Assembly (NCBI GenBank): GCA_944363605.1
Contig: CALVUM010000003.1
Span: forward strand, 1-59,492
Length of the DNA stretch: 59,492 bases
Source of the DNA: an uncultured Bacilli bacterium
Lineage (GTDB): Bacteria > Bacillota_I > Bacilli_A > RF39 > UBA660
Direction: 5' to 3'
Each line of letters starts with the position of its first letter. Position 1 is the first letter of the stretch. Positions 1-9,171 of the stretch are shown here, piece after piece. The position numbers and the translations under genes were made by a program. The notes below the pieces were generated by a model that was not told the DNA's origin, ran no database searches, and saw only the letters and a list, made by a program, of their open reading frames with translations.

Positions 1-34
1 ACATTAAAATTGTATAAAATCCAAATTATACATG

Positions 35-775
35 TTATTTACATATATCTAGTACATCATAAACAATACGCATTAAGTAAAGACCTTGTGGTGGCACAAC
101 ACTACATGTAATTTTTTGTGAAGAAGAAAGTGCCAAAGACACTTTATCTATAGAACAAGATTTTTTTCCAACATCTAAAAGTACTCCAACAATGTGCCTT
201 ACCATATATCGATAAAAACACGGTCCGGTTATATTAATAATTAAAAAATCCCCTTCTTTTTTTAGATCAATTCCCGTAATAACAGCATCATAAAAATCGC
301 GTTTTCCAGCTACAAAATTATGAAAATCATGTTTTCCCAAAAATAACTGAGCACATTGTTTCATCAAATCAAAATCTAAAGATTGATAATAACAATAAGC
401 ATAGTCCATATAAAAAGGATTTTTCTTGCCTAAATAAATTTTATACTGATAAGTTTTCAATATTACATTAAATCGCGCATGAAAACAGGGATCTACTTTT
501 TCTATTTGTTCAATCGCCACATAAGGCGAAAGCAAACGATTTAAAACATATTGTAATTTATTTGGAGAAATATCTAAATCCAAATCAAAATGGATACACT
601 GATCTAAAGCATGCACACCACAATCAGTCCTTCCTGCCCCATGAACAAGTATAGGTTTACCAGCCAATATTTTTAATGCTCTTTCTAATTCATTTTGAAC
701 TCCTTTACCATTATTCAAACGTTGAAAACCCCAAAATTTGCTTCCATCATAAGAAACCCTTGCTAAATATCTCAT
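35..775 (-). CDS. truA: tRNA pseudouridine(38-40) synthase TruA
   Basis: 246 aa; N-terminal YDGSKFWGFQ and catalytic GAGRTDCGVHA motif typical of TruA. Confidence 0.9.
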   Translation of the reverse strand: MRYLARVSYDGSKFWGFQRLNNGKGVQNELERALKILAGKPILVHGAGRTDCGVHALDQCIHFDLDLDISPNKLQYVLNRLLSPYVAIEQIEKVDPCFHARFNVILKTYQYKIYLGKKNPFYMDYAYCYYQSLDFDLMKQCAQLFLGKHDFHNFVAGKRDFYDAVITGIDLKKEGDFLIINITGPCFYRYMVRHIVGVLLDVGKKSCSIDKVSLALSSSQKITCSVVPPQGLYLMRIVYDVLDICK

Positions 776-1449
776 TGTACACCTCGATATATGGCCTTTA
801 AAGTCTCATTAAAAGTAATTTCATGATCCACTTTATGACCTTTTTTTTCTAAATATTTAATGAGTTCTACAGTAAAAGGCATCGCGACATATTTATAAAT
901 CTCATCGCTATAAAAGTCCTCTATATATTTATATTTGCCATTTTTAGTAAACAGATAAAAGCCCTTCACTGTTTCACAAACAAAATTCATATCATTCTCA
1001 ATTAAAATAACTTGAATATTTTTTTTATACATTAAGTTGCGCATTAACCGTTTAAAATATTCTTTCTCTGCATCTAATAAATCCTGAAAGAAAAACTCAC
1101 ATATAAGTACTCTAGATTGCCAAAGTAAAACTTTAGCTAACTGTACTTTCTTAGTTTCTTGCAAAGTCAAATGATTCATTAAAGCTCCTTGACGATCTAA
1201 TGAAAATTTTACAAGTTTTAAAGATTGTAAAATTTTTTCTTTACTTTTGTTTGTCTCTCTTTCTAAATAAGAAATAACCGAAATCTTTTTCTCTATTTTT
1301 TGATGCAAAACATATCCTGAATCCTCATTAGTAATTACATTTTGAATTTTAACTGGAAAATGAACAAGGATAGAAAACCGATCTTTTAATACAAACTGAC
1401 TCATTTTAATTTCCATAATGCTTTCTCCAATTCTTCTTTGCTCATACAC
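772..1449 (-). CDS. degenerate ABC/EcfA-like ATPase-fold protein (no Walker A seen)
   Basis: 225 aa; LTLQETKKVQLAKVL resembles a decayed ABC signature/Q-linker region, followed by a Walker-B-like hydrophobic run; position upstream of truA is where ecfA genes usually sit. Confidence 0.35.
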   Translation of the reverse strand: MYEQRRIGESIMEIKMSQFVLKDRFSILVHFPVKIQNVITNEDSGYVLHQKIEKKISVISYLERETNKSKEKILQSLKLVKFSLDRQGALMNHLTLQETKKVQLAKVLLWQSRVLICEFFFQDLLDAEKEYFKRLMRNLMYKKNIQVILIENDMNFVCETVKGFYLFTKNGKYKYIEDFYSDEIYKYVAMPFTVELIKYLEKKGHKVDHEITFNETLKAIYRGVQ

Positions 1450-2102
1450 AGATGATCAATTAATCCATATAATTCTAATTGTATACTCATATTAATATAA
1501 AAAGGAAGAGAAAATCCCAAACGCTTTAAATATTTTTCTTCCTGTAAAACAAGTAAGGTTTGGCCTTCAATAGCCATTTTATCTTGTTTGACAATCATTA
1601 AATAAGTAGAATATACCGTATCTTCAATTTGATTTGTCACATAAAAACATCCTATTTTTTTCTTGCGCATAAAAGAAAAAATATATGCCAATTCTTTAGC
1701 CGAAAAAATCCAATGTAAGTCTTCACAAAAAAGAAAATCCGGTTTTTCTAAAAGAGTTAAAACAAAAGCAAAACGATATTCTAAATGTGTTGAAACTTTC
1801 ATAATTTTTTGAACAAAACGTTTCCAAGTCACATCTAAGTGTAATGAAGCAATTTCTTCTTGCCAATTACTTGCATCTTTTTTTTGCAAAAGATAAAATA
1901 AAACTCGACCATTAGATTGAATTAAAGAAGAATTTTTAAAAAGTGTCTTTAATAGTAAAGATTTTCCTGAACCACTTTCACCAAGTAGACATACTGCTGA
2001 ATTTTTATCAAAATCACAAGCAAAATCTTCTAAAATAGTTCGACCAAATAAACGCAGATTAAAAGGCTCTATATGACAATACTTCTTTTCCATATACATC
2101 AC
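1401..2102 (-). CDS. ABC/EcfA-like ATPase with intact Walker A but degenerate signature and Walker B
   Basis: 233 aa; Walker A GESGSGKS; no LSGGQ; Walker-B position reads FLFCED; C-terminal LGFSLPF resembles the EcfA C-terminal helix. Confidence 0.45.
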   Translation of the reverse strand: MMYMEKKYCHIEPFNLRLFGRTILEDFACDFDKNSAVCLLGESGSGKSLLLKTLFKNSSLIQSNGRVLFYLLQKKDASNWQEEIASLHLDVTWKRFVQKIMKVSTHLEYRFAFVLTLLEKPDFLFCEDLHWIFSAKELAYIFSFMRKKKIGCFYVTNQIEDTVYSTYLMIVKQDKMAIEGQTLLVLQEEKYLKRLGFSLPFYINMSIQLELYGLIDHLCMSKEELEKALWKLK

Positions 2103-2149
2103 TACTGTCTATTTTAAAATAGAAAAAAAAGAAAAGAAAGGAAAACTTT

Positions 2150-2446
2150 CTAATCTTCTGTAATTTTAATAATAAATTCTCCTGGTAAACTATACATATA
2201 TTTCTCTCGAGCATAACGGGCGACATAATCATCATCATGAAGTTTGGTTACTTCACTCGTTAAACTTTCTTCTTCTGCTAACAAATTATTATAATAAGTA
2301 GTCAAACTAGATATTTGTGTCTTATTATCCATTATTTGTAACCAATCTTGAAAAATAGACACAAAAGAAAGACTAACAATGCCTAAAAAAATCACTGATA
2401 AAACCATAAATCTTTTACGAGCTTTCCGCGAACCCTTTTTTTTCAT
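2150..2446 (-). CDS. divIC: septum formation initiator DivIC/FtsB family
   Basis: Single TM plus coiled coil and C-terminal YVARYAREKYMYSLPGE motif; follows yabP-yabQ as in B. subtilis; start moved to the ATG at 2446, preceded by AGGAAGGG. Confidence 0.7.
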   Translation of the reverse strand: MKKKGSRKARKRFMVLSVIFLGIVSLSFVSIFQDWLQIMDNKTQISSLTTYYNNLLAEEESLTSEVTKLHDDDYVARYAREKYMYSLPGEFIIKITED

Positions 2447-2478
2447 TGCACCCTTCCTATCTACTAGAGATAAGTATA

Positions 2479-2793
2479 TCATTTACGAAAAATTTTTTCA
2501 ATTTTCTCGGGCAAAAAAAATTCTAACTTGACATGCCTATGTAAAATATCAAAAGTTACAAAACCAAAAAATACAAATAACAAAAAGTAAATATGTAATA
2601 CACCATCATTTAATAAATACATTAGATACACATAAAGTAAAACAATATTAATGACAAATAAAATGGTAGTTAAATACTTCATCACAAGCGAATAAGTCTC
2701 GGATATTTTAAAATGCCATCTCGTTAATATATGAAATCCAAACCCAAAAAGGAAAGATAATAAAAAAGAAAAAAGTTGAGTTATTTCATCCAT
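2479..2793 (-). CDS. yabQ: spore cortex biosynthesis membrane protein YabQ
   Basis: 104 aa polytopic membrane protein immediately downstream of and overlapping yabP; conserved yabP-yabQ-divIC order. Confidence 0.55.
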   Translation of the reverse strand: MDEITQLFSFLLSFLFGFGFHILTRWHFKISETYSLVMKYLTTILFVINIVLLYVYLMYLLNDGVLHIYFLLFVFFGFVTFDILHRHVKLEFFLPEKIEKIFRK

Positions 2794-3101
2794 TATTTAA
2801 AGAGCTTAGCCATAAAGCTTTCTTCTTTAGAAGCTTTTCCTTTAACATTATCCACATATTGATAACTCGTAATCTTTCCTTTAATTCGTACATTGCCATC
2901 ATGAGTATCTAATTTTAAAATTTCTAAGCCACTACCTTTTAATAAAAGCATGCCCATTGTTGTTTCTAATAAAAACTCTTCATGATCAAAACTATTGATT
3001 TTTTTAACACCTGTAATATAGATTTCACGCCGATCAATAATTTTTACTTCATGATTTGCTGGTACTAAAGGCACAACATTTTCTGTTTCCATTTTGATCA
3101 C
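2793..3101 (-). CDS. yabP: sporulation protein YabP
   Basis: 102 aa; ITGVKKINSFDHEEFLLETTMG matches the YabP core (ISGVKQVESFDNEEFLLET in B. subtilis, recalled). Confidence 0.8.
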   Translation of the reverse strand: MIKMETENVVPLVPANHEVKIIDRREIYITGVKKINSFDHEEFLLETTMGMLLLKGSGLEILKLDTHDGNVRIKGKITSYQYVDNVKGKASKEESFMAKLFK

Positions 3102-3153
3102 CTAGAAAAATATATGCCAAAAGTATTAAAAAAATTCTAGTCGCCTAGAATTT

Positions 3154-3423
3154 TTATTCTTCAGAATCCGGTTTATTATATTCTTCCAAGATTGCATCAG
3201 TAAACATAGCTCGTACATCAGGATTAATAGGATGACAAACATCTCTGTATTCACCTGTAGCTGTTTTTCTGCTTGGCATTGCAATAAATAACCCATTATC
3301 ACCTTCAATGATACGAATATCATGAATAGCAAAGGCATCATCAATTAAGACAGATGCAATACCTCTTAATCTTGAATTTTCTTTTGTGATCTTACGAACA
3401 CTTACAGATGTAATTTTCATCAT
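3154..3423 (-). CDS. spoVG: septation protein SpoVG
   Basis: 89 aa; MKITSVSVRKI...IEGDNGLFIAMPSRKT..GEYRDVCHPIN is the canonical SpoVG sequence pattern. Confidence 0.92.
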   Translation of the reverse strand: MMKITSVSVRKITKENSRLRGIASVLIDDAFAIHDIRIIEGDNGLFIAMPSRKTATGEYRDVCHPINPDVRAMFTDAILEEYNKPDSEE

Positions 3424-3491
3424 TTATTCTCCTTCTAAAGTCATCCAACTTATAAATATTGTATAGCATAAACACACAAAATTCAAGCTGT

Positions 3492-3704
3492 TTACGCCAA
3501 TTTAACAACAACATCGCCAATTATTACATCAGAATAATTAAAACTTTTCTGAGTTCCATTAATAAGTACCGTAAAAACATAAGGATAAACCCCTGTTACC
3601 GTACCATAATATTCAAAATTTTTATTTCGTAAACCATAAACTTGAACGGTCACATTTTTATTCATATAACTAGCGATTTTTTCTCGAACTATATCAAGAT
3701 TCAT
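3492..3704 (-). CDS. veg: Veg family protein
   Basis: 70 aa; YPYVFTV...SFNYSDVI resembles Veg (YPSVFVI...SFSYADIL); located between yabG and spoVG region as in Bacillus. Confidence 0.75.
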   Translation of the reverse strand: MNLDIVREKIASYMNKNVTVQVYGLRNKNFEYYGTVTGVYPYVFTVLINGTQKSFNYSDVIIGDVVVKLA

Positions 3705-3711
3705 AATCCTC

Positions 3712-4494
3712 CTATCTAGGAAATCCTACATACATCATACCATTACTGATTATGCCACCCATGCCATTTGCCCCATATTTAGTTTTAGCAAGCAAACTTA
3801 CTAAATCAATTTGTTTATTTCGTTCACTCATCGCAAGCACTGTTGCAATAATCGCTGGATCTAAAGCATGAATATTTACCCTTTTAGGTGAACTTGCAAA
3901 ATTAGCACCAGCTTTAATGAGTTCTTCATAATTACTTTGACATGCTCCAGCTATAATAACCAACTTCTCATGACTTTTCTCATACTTGCGAGCTTCCTTA
4001 ACAGCTTTAACAAAATTTTCAGTATTTTTATAATTTTTTAAATCCTTAACTCCACCTTTTTTAGGATAATAAGCGTCATGTCCCGTAATAATTACAATAT
4101 CAGGTTGATATTCTAAGAGTAAATTGCGAATTTGTTTAGAAACTTCCTTTTCATCAATTTTTTTTCCAACCGCCATTACCTTATTTTTTTTATAAAATTT
4201 TAAACATCTTTCTAAATACTCTTGATCGGCATCAATATGTAAAACCTTTCCTGGCAAATAAAAAAAATCTCCTCGCATGGAAGAATCATCTAATAAAAAC
4301 TCATCATCATCTTCCTCACGATCTTCATTCACGTATAGCATTAAATCTTCTAAAGGAGCATCTGCATATAATCTTACCTGAACTCCTTTTAAATAGGCTA
4401 CTTCACCACGGATATTCAAGATTTTAAATACAACATCATGATTATAACTAATACGTGTGACCAGATCACCTACTTGAAATACCATAATCTTCAC
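3712..4494 (-). CDS. yabG: sporulation-specific protease YabG
   Basis: 260 aa; GDLVTRISYNHDVVFKI, PGKVLHIDADQEYL, ITGHDAY, AGACQS, AGANFASSPKRVNIHALDP all match B. subtilis YabG blocks (recalled). Confidence 0.85.
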   Translation of the reverse strand: MKIMVFQVGDLVTRISYNHDVVFKILNIRGEVAYLKGVQVRLYADAPLEDLMLYVNEDREEDDDEFLLDDSSMRGDFFYLPGKVLHIDADQEYLERCLKFYKKNKVMAVGKKIDEKEVSKQIRNLLLEYQPDIVIITGHDAYYPKKGGVKDLKNYKNTENFVKAVKEARKYEKSHEKLVIIAGACQSNYEELIKAGANFASSPKRVNIHALDPAIIATVLAMSERNKQIDLVSLLAKTKYGANGMGGIISNGMMYVGFPR

Positions 4495-4573
4495 CTAAAA
4501 AACTATATGAAAAAAAGAAGAATTTATTCTTCTAAAAAAAACTCCAATCACACTTTCATAAAAGTATTCTAAA

Positions 4574-5347
4574 TTATAAACAACGAAAAATCGCCACAAA
4601 AGCTTCATAAGATAATTCTTCAGCTCGAGCGTTTTCTGACAAACCATATTTATTTAAAACTTGCAAAATTTTATTCCAGTCATACATTTTTAAATTATTT
4701 TTTAATGTTTTTCTCTTTTGAGCAAAAGCTTGTTTCAAAAACTCAAAAAATTTTAATTCATCAAGACATACTATATCCGTTTTTCGTATTAATTGTACTA
4801 CCGAACTAGTAACCTTAGGAGGTGGTGTAAAAGCTTGAGGAGCTACATCAAAAAGCACTTGAACTGTAAAAAAGTGTTGAAGAAAAACCGTAAAATACCC
4901 ATAATCCTTTGTTTTAGGTTTTGCACTAAAACGACTTGCCACTTCTTTTTGAACCAAAAGGGTCATTCCATTAATAGGTAAATTGCTCTCCATGATATGT
5001 TCAATTATCGGTGTAGTAATATAATAAGGTATATTTGCAATAACATAAATATTCTGATAATCTTTATGCAAATCACTTTGAATATCTCGTTTTAAAAAAT
5101 CATCAAAAATAATTTGCACATTTTCTTTTTGAAAAGGTAATAAGGTATTCTTTAATCTTTCATCAATTTCATAACAAAGTAAATCACTAGGCTTTTGTAC
5201 TAAAAATTTCGTTAAAGCCCCCATACCCGGTCCAATTTCAATAATAAGATCATTTCTCGTCACATCAAAACTAGATGCAATTCTCTGTAAAACACTTTCA
5301 TCTTTCAAAAAATTTTGTCCTAAACTTTTTTTTGCTCGAATATCCAT
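4574..5347 (-). CDS. rsmA: 16S rRNA (adenine1518/1519-N6)-dimethyltransferase RsmA/KsgA
   Basis: 257 aa; KKSLGQNFL start motif, EIGPGMGALT SAM motif, NIPY motif. Confidence 0.92.
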   Translation of the reverse strand: MDIRAKKSLGQNFLKDESVLQRIASSFDVTRNDLIIEIGPGMGALTKFLVQKPSDLLCYEIDERLKNTLLPFQKENVQIIFDDFLKRDIQSDLHKDYQNIYVIANIPYYITTPIIEHIMESNLPINGMTLLVQKEVASRFSAKPKTKDYGYFTVFLQHFFTVQVLFDVAPQAFTPPPKVTSSVVQLIRKTDIVCLDELKFFEFLKQAFAQKRKTLKNNLKMYDWNKILQVLNKYGLSENARAEELSYEAFVAIFRCL

Positions 5348-5413
5348 ACTATAATCGCTTCCTTAACAAAAATATATCATAAATAAAAAAACTTATCTAG
5401 ATTAGACAAGTCT

Positions 5414-5953
5414 TTAATCATTCCATCCGATACGAAGTACATCATAACTTTTTGTTTTACGACCCACATACTTAGAAGCAGCTTCCTCACTAGGCATTAA
5501 CAAATCCAAATCATTTCCTAAAACTCCACGGTCTAAAACAATAGCAACAATTGGATCTGAAGAAATACTAGGAAGCTCAAAGCGAACTACAGAACCACAT
5601 GGCAAATTACTTGAAGACGCGACTATTCTTACCGTTCCATACTCTTCATCTGGATAAGTAGTAGTTCCATCTTTAACATAATATTTAGAACAGGCTAAAT
5701 TGCCACTACACAAAGGACAATTTGCTCCATATCCCGTAATATCTCCAGTAAATGTATCTTTCGCACTATATAAATCATTCTGTAAATCTTCTTCTAATTT
5801 CAAAGCCATCGTCGATAAATTAATCACTCGATTACTTGCATTATTTGAAACTGTTGTCATTTCTTTTGAAGTACTAACATTTGCTATAAAGACAAATAAT
5901 ATCAATAAAATTAGTTGCACACTAAGACAGATATTTCTTTTTAATTTTACCAT
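5414..5953 (-). CDS. secreted 3D/RlpA-like (double-psi beta-barrel) domain protein
   Basis: N-terminal signal/anchor then TGYGANCPLCSG...VASSSNLPCGSVV...VAIVLDRG; same position as yabE in Bacillus; start moved to the ATG at 5953 after GAGGTG. Confidence 0.5.
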   Translation of the reverse strand: MVKLKRNICLSVQLILLILFVFIANVSTSKEMTTVSNNASNRVINLSTMALKLEEDLQNDLYSAKDTFTGDITGYGANCPLCSGNLACSKYYVKDGTTTYPDEEYGTVRIVASSSNLPCGSVVRFELPSISSDPIVAIVLDRGVLGNDLDLLMPSEEAASKYVGRKTKSYDVLRIGWND

Positions 5954-5989
5954 TAGGACACCTCGTCTTATATAGACATAATAGCACAC

Positions 5990-6745
5990 CTAATAAGAAA
6001 AGTCAAAAATAGCCTGAATATTTTCCTTAGTAACTTTTGCCAATTCTTCTAAAGAAATATTCAAATATTCACAAAGATAGTCAGCAATATTTCGTATATA
6101 CTTAGGCGAATTTTGGGTTCCCCGGTAAGGATGAGGGGTTAAATATGGACTATCTGTTTCTAAAACAATAGAAGAATAAATCTCTGGTAAGATTTCTTTT
6201 AAATGGCTATTCTTAAAAGTTACAACTCCATTAATTCCTATTTTATAGCCCATTTTAATATAAATCCGAGCTGTTTCTAAACTTCCTGAAAAAGAATGAA
6301 TAACACCTTTAACAGTAGGATACTTCTTTAATACCTCAATTGTATCTAAAGTCGCTTCTCTAGAGTGGATAACTACCGGCATATGATATTTCTCAGCAAT
6401 TTTCATTTGAGACTCAAACAACTCTATCTGAGCTTCCCTGTTCTCTTTACTATAATGATAATCTAAACCAATTTCCCCAATAGCAAGAATTTTGTTGTTC
6501 TTTATATGTTCCTCCAAAAAAAGGATATCTTCCCTTTTATAATTCAAAACTTCTTCAGGATGAATACCTAAACACCCATAAACACATTCATATTTTTTTA
6601 CAAGTTCTAAAACTTCTTCATTACTTTTACTACTACAACCCGCGACAAAAAAAGCCACAACTTGAGCTTCTTTTGCTTCATTTAAAATATTATCTATATT
6701 TTCATAATATTCTTTATATAAATGACAATGTGTATCAACGAACAT
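5990..6745 (-). CDS. tatD: TatD-family metal-dependent DNase/hydrolase (YabD)
   Basis: MFVDTHCHL, GEIGLDY, VIHSR, HSFSG, ETDSPYL motifs; start at the ATG at 6745 after AAGGAG. Confidence 0.88.
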   Translation of the reverse strand: MFVDTHCHLYKEYYENIDNILNEAKEAQVVAFFVAGCSSKSNEEVLELVKKYECVYGCLGIHPEEVLNYKREDILFLEEHIKNNKILAIGEIGLDYHYSKENREAQIELFESQMKIAEKYHMPVVIHSREATLDTIEVLKKYPTVKGVIHSFSGSLETARIYIKMGYKIGINGVVTFKNSHLKEILPEIYSSIVLETDSPYLTPHPYRGTQNSPKYIRNIADYLCEYLNISLEELAKVTKENIQAIFDFSY

Positions 6746-6765
6746 GCTATTCTCCTTTTGTACTT

Positions 6766-8298
6766 TCAATTTTCAGCAAGCTTCTTCGGAATATCCAACC
6801 TCATAAAAATAGGTACTGGTTCTAAAACATAATATTCTTCATTTTCTAAATATCCAACATCTAAATTATTTGAAGCAATTTGTCTTAAAATTTCAGCCGA
6901 AGTATCAGGTAAATAGGGAGATAAGAAAATTGCACAATTTCTTATTCCTTCAAGCAAATTATAAAGTACCGTCTCTAACCGTTCTTTTTTCTCCTCTTCC
7001 TTAGCTAAACTCCATGGCATAGTGTCATCAATATATTTATTACTTGCTCGTAATGTTTCAAAAATTTCATCAATAGCAAGACCAATTTCCAACTTTGCCA
7101 TCTTTTTCTCTACCCGTTCTTCTAAAGAATTGATACTCTCTATATAAGAACTATCTACTTCATGAGATACAAATCGATTTAAAACTTTGCCATCAAAATA
7201 TTTATTGGCCATCGATATAGTTCGATTTACTAAATTTCCTAAAATATTAGCCAAATCACTATTAATTCGTTCCATAATAAGCTCATAAGTAATCGTACCA
7301 TCACTTGCAAAAGGAATTTCATGTAAAACATAATAACGAATCGCATCAACACCAAATAAATTTACCAAATCATCCGCATACATAATATTTCCTTTACTCT
7401 TACTCATCTTATCATTATTCATAAGTAACCAAGGATGTCCAAATACTTGTTTAGGTAACGGTAAATCCAAAGCCATCAATAAAATAGGCCAATAAATCGT
7501 ATGAAAACGAATAATATCTTTTCCAACTAAATGTAAATCAGCTGGCCACCATTTTTTAAACTCATCAGTTTGGTTATCTACGTCATAACCAATATTAGTA
7601 ATATAATTAGATAATGCATCTATCCAAACATACACAATATGCTTATCATTAAAAGGTACTTTTATTCCCCAGTCAAAAGCTGTTCTAGAAACACACAAAT
7701 CTTGTAAACCTGGTTTTAAAAAATTATTTAACATTTCATTTTTCCGTGATTCTGGTTGAATAAATTCTGGATGAGTTTCAATATACTCAATTAATTTGTC
7801 CTGATATTTAGACATTTTAAAGAAATAAGATTCCTCACTTTTCTTGGAAACTTCTCTACCACAGTCTGGGCACTTTCCATCCACTAACTGCGTATCTGTC
7901 CAAAAAGATTCACAAGGTGTACAATACCATCCCTCATATTTATCTAAATAAATATCTCCTTTTTCATATAACTTTTGAAAAATGTGTTGAACAACCAATT
8001 TATGATGTTCGTCTGTCGTCCGAACAAATTTATCATAACTAGTATTCATAACATCCCAAATCCGTTTTATTTCCCGGGAAATATTATCCACATATTCTTG
8101 AGGACTTAACCCAGCATCTAAGGCTTTTTGAGCAATTTTTTCACCATGTTCATCAGTTCCCGTTTGAAAATATACATCAAATCCTTTTAATCTTTTATAA
8201 CGAGCAATTGCATCAGCCAAAACAATTTCATAAGTATTACCAATATGAGGCTTTCCCGAAGCATAAGCTATTGCTGTTGTAATATAATATTTTTCCAT
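6766..8298 (-). CDS. metG: methionine--tRNA ligase (short form)
   Basis: 510 aa; HIGN (HIGH) motif, CPDCG zinc knuckle, KMSKSKGN (KMSKS) motif. Confidence 0.95.
   Translation of the reverse strand: MEKYYITTAIAYASGKPHIGNTYEIVLADAIARYKRLKGFDVYFQTGTDEHGEKIAQKALDAGLSPQEYVDNISREIKRIWDVMNTSYDKFVRTTDEHHKLVVQHIFQKLYEKGDIYLDKYEGWYCTPCESFWTDTQLVDGKCPDCGREVSKKSEESYFFKMSKYQDKLIEYIETHPEFIQPESRKNEMLNNFLKPGLQDLCVSRTAFDWGIKVPFNDKHIVYVWIDALSNYITNIGYDVDNQTDEFKKWWPADLHLVGKDIIRFHTIYWPILLMALDLPLPKQVFGHPWLLMNNDKMSKSKGNIMYADDLVNLFGVDAIRYYVLHEIPFASDGTITYELIMERINSDLANILGNLVNRTISMANKYFDGKVLNRFVSHEVDSSYIESINSLEERVEKKMAKLEIGLAIDEIFETLRASNKYIDDTMPWSLAKEEEKKERLETVLYNLLEGIRNCAIFLSPYLPDTSAEILRQIASNNLDVGYLENEEYYVLEPVPIFMRLDIPKKLAEN
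8068..8083. other. Noc-binding-site-like palindrome TATTTCCCGGGAAATA (inside metG)
   Basis: Perfect 16-bp palindrome containing the 14-bp B. subtilis NBS consensus ATTTCCCGGGAAAT; encodes ..NISREIK.. of MetG. Confidence 0.75.
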
Positions 8299-8334
8299 AA
8301 ATCTCTTCCTTTCAAAAAATAGTAAAAAACATCA

Positions 8335-8356
8335 AATTATTTCCCGGGAAATAATT
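8335..8356. other. NBS-like palindrome (22 bp) in the metG leader
   Basis: AATTATTTCCCGGGAAATAATT, located between the T-box terminator U-run and the metG RBS. Confidence 0.75.
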
Positions 8357-8360
8357 AAAT

Positions 8361-8566
8361 AAAAAAATCATGAACATAAGGACGAGATTACACCCGTGGT
8401 ACCACCTTATTTCATGATTTTATCATGCACTTAATCGATAACGCCATAAAAGCGATTCAACTCCAGAGCCATCTTCTACAATAAACCTTTGTCTAATTTC
8501 AGCTACCTAGACTCTCTAAAAAAGGTTACATTATATACTCTTTCCTTCCCCGTTGATTAAGATTAT
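8361..8566 (-). promoter_or_regulatory. T-box leader (Met specifier) with terminator/antiterminator upstream of metG
   Basis: Minus-strand read shows AGAGAG...GGTAGCTGAAA stem I elements. A GAAGATGGC specifier loop has its ATG at 8470-8472. The T-box sequence GGTGGTACCACGGG lies at 8391-8406. It sits in the loop of a terminator stem (8366-8381 pairing with 8405-8420) followed by a U-run. Confidence 0.75.
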
Positions 8567-8573
8567 TTTAGCA

Positions 8574-8602
8574 TAGATTTTAAAAAAGTCAAATGAAAGA
8601 AA
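8574..8602 (-). promoter_or_regulatory. sigma-A-like promoter for the metG T-box leader
   Basis: Minus strand TTGACT (8597-8602), spacer of about 17 nt, then TAAAAT. Confidence 0.45.
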
Positions 8603-8608
8603 ATCAGT

Positions 8609-9121
8609 TTACAAAACATCAATTTTATGAATTAATAATTTAGCCAAAAATTGCAAAAATCTTTTTTGTTCATTAGAAAAAGTAGAATCATTTAAAAAGA
8701 CCATTAATCCTACAACATCGGTAGAAATAATAAGCGGACAAATATAATAATAATAGGGCTCAATTTCCTCTAAAAGACTCTCCTTAGTTAAAGACTCATA
8801 AACCTCTCTATTTTCAAGAAATTTACTTAATCTTGAATTTAACGAAATATGTTTATATTCATTTTGAAAAGAAGCAATAACCTCTTCTCGGTCAAACACA
8901 AGAATCTTATAATTCATAATTTCATTAGAAAATACACATAACTGATTTGCTAATTCCTGATAATTTAACAATCTCGAATGCTTTTGTAAACAAATACCAT
9001 TTGAAGAAACAAAAATTTCTAAATTTTCTCCATCACGAATTCCTAAACTCCTTCGAATTTCCTTTGGAATAACAATTCTGCCTAACTCATCAATTTTTCT
9101 GATCACACCAGTATCTTTCAC
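8609..9121 (-). CDS. spoVT: stage V sporulation transcription factor SpoVT (AbrB-type N-domain plus GAF-like C-domain)
   Basis: 170 aa; TGVIRKIDELGRIVIPKEIRRSLGIRDGENLEIF matches the SpoVT/AbrB swapped-hairpin domain; lies directly downstream of mfd as in B. subtilis. Confidence 0.85.
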   Translation of the reverse strand: MKDTGVIRKIDELGRIVIPKEIRRSLGIRDGENLEIFVSSNGICLQKHSRLLNYQELANQLCVFSNEIMNYKILVFDREEVIASFQNEYKHISLNSRLSKFLENREVYESLTKESLLEEIEPYYYYICPLIISTDVVGLMVFLNDSTFSNEQKRFLQFLAKLLIHKIDVL

Positions 9122-9171
9122 TTCTTAAATTCACTCCAATCTAAGAAATATTGTGTAGAATTTTTCAAAAA

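Noticed and set aside
3126-3344. 72-aa ORF overlapping spoVG, plus many other antisense or overlapping track ORFs (for example 4793-4981, 5700-5975, 10695-10913, 11721-11924, 15076-15321, 18501-18686, 22414-22677, 25520-25714, 27502-27732, 28841-29107, 30070-30535, 31722-31952, 32091-32345, 33803-34027, 41342-41653, 44144-45290, 46248-46511, 47811-48029, 48790-48990, 49757-49957, 52133-52663, 54284-54472, 54903-55091, 55946-56170, 57696-57941)
   Set aside because: They lie within or opposite well-supported conserved genes, have low-complexity composition typical of AT-rich shadow frames, and lack RBSs.
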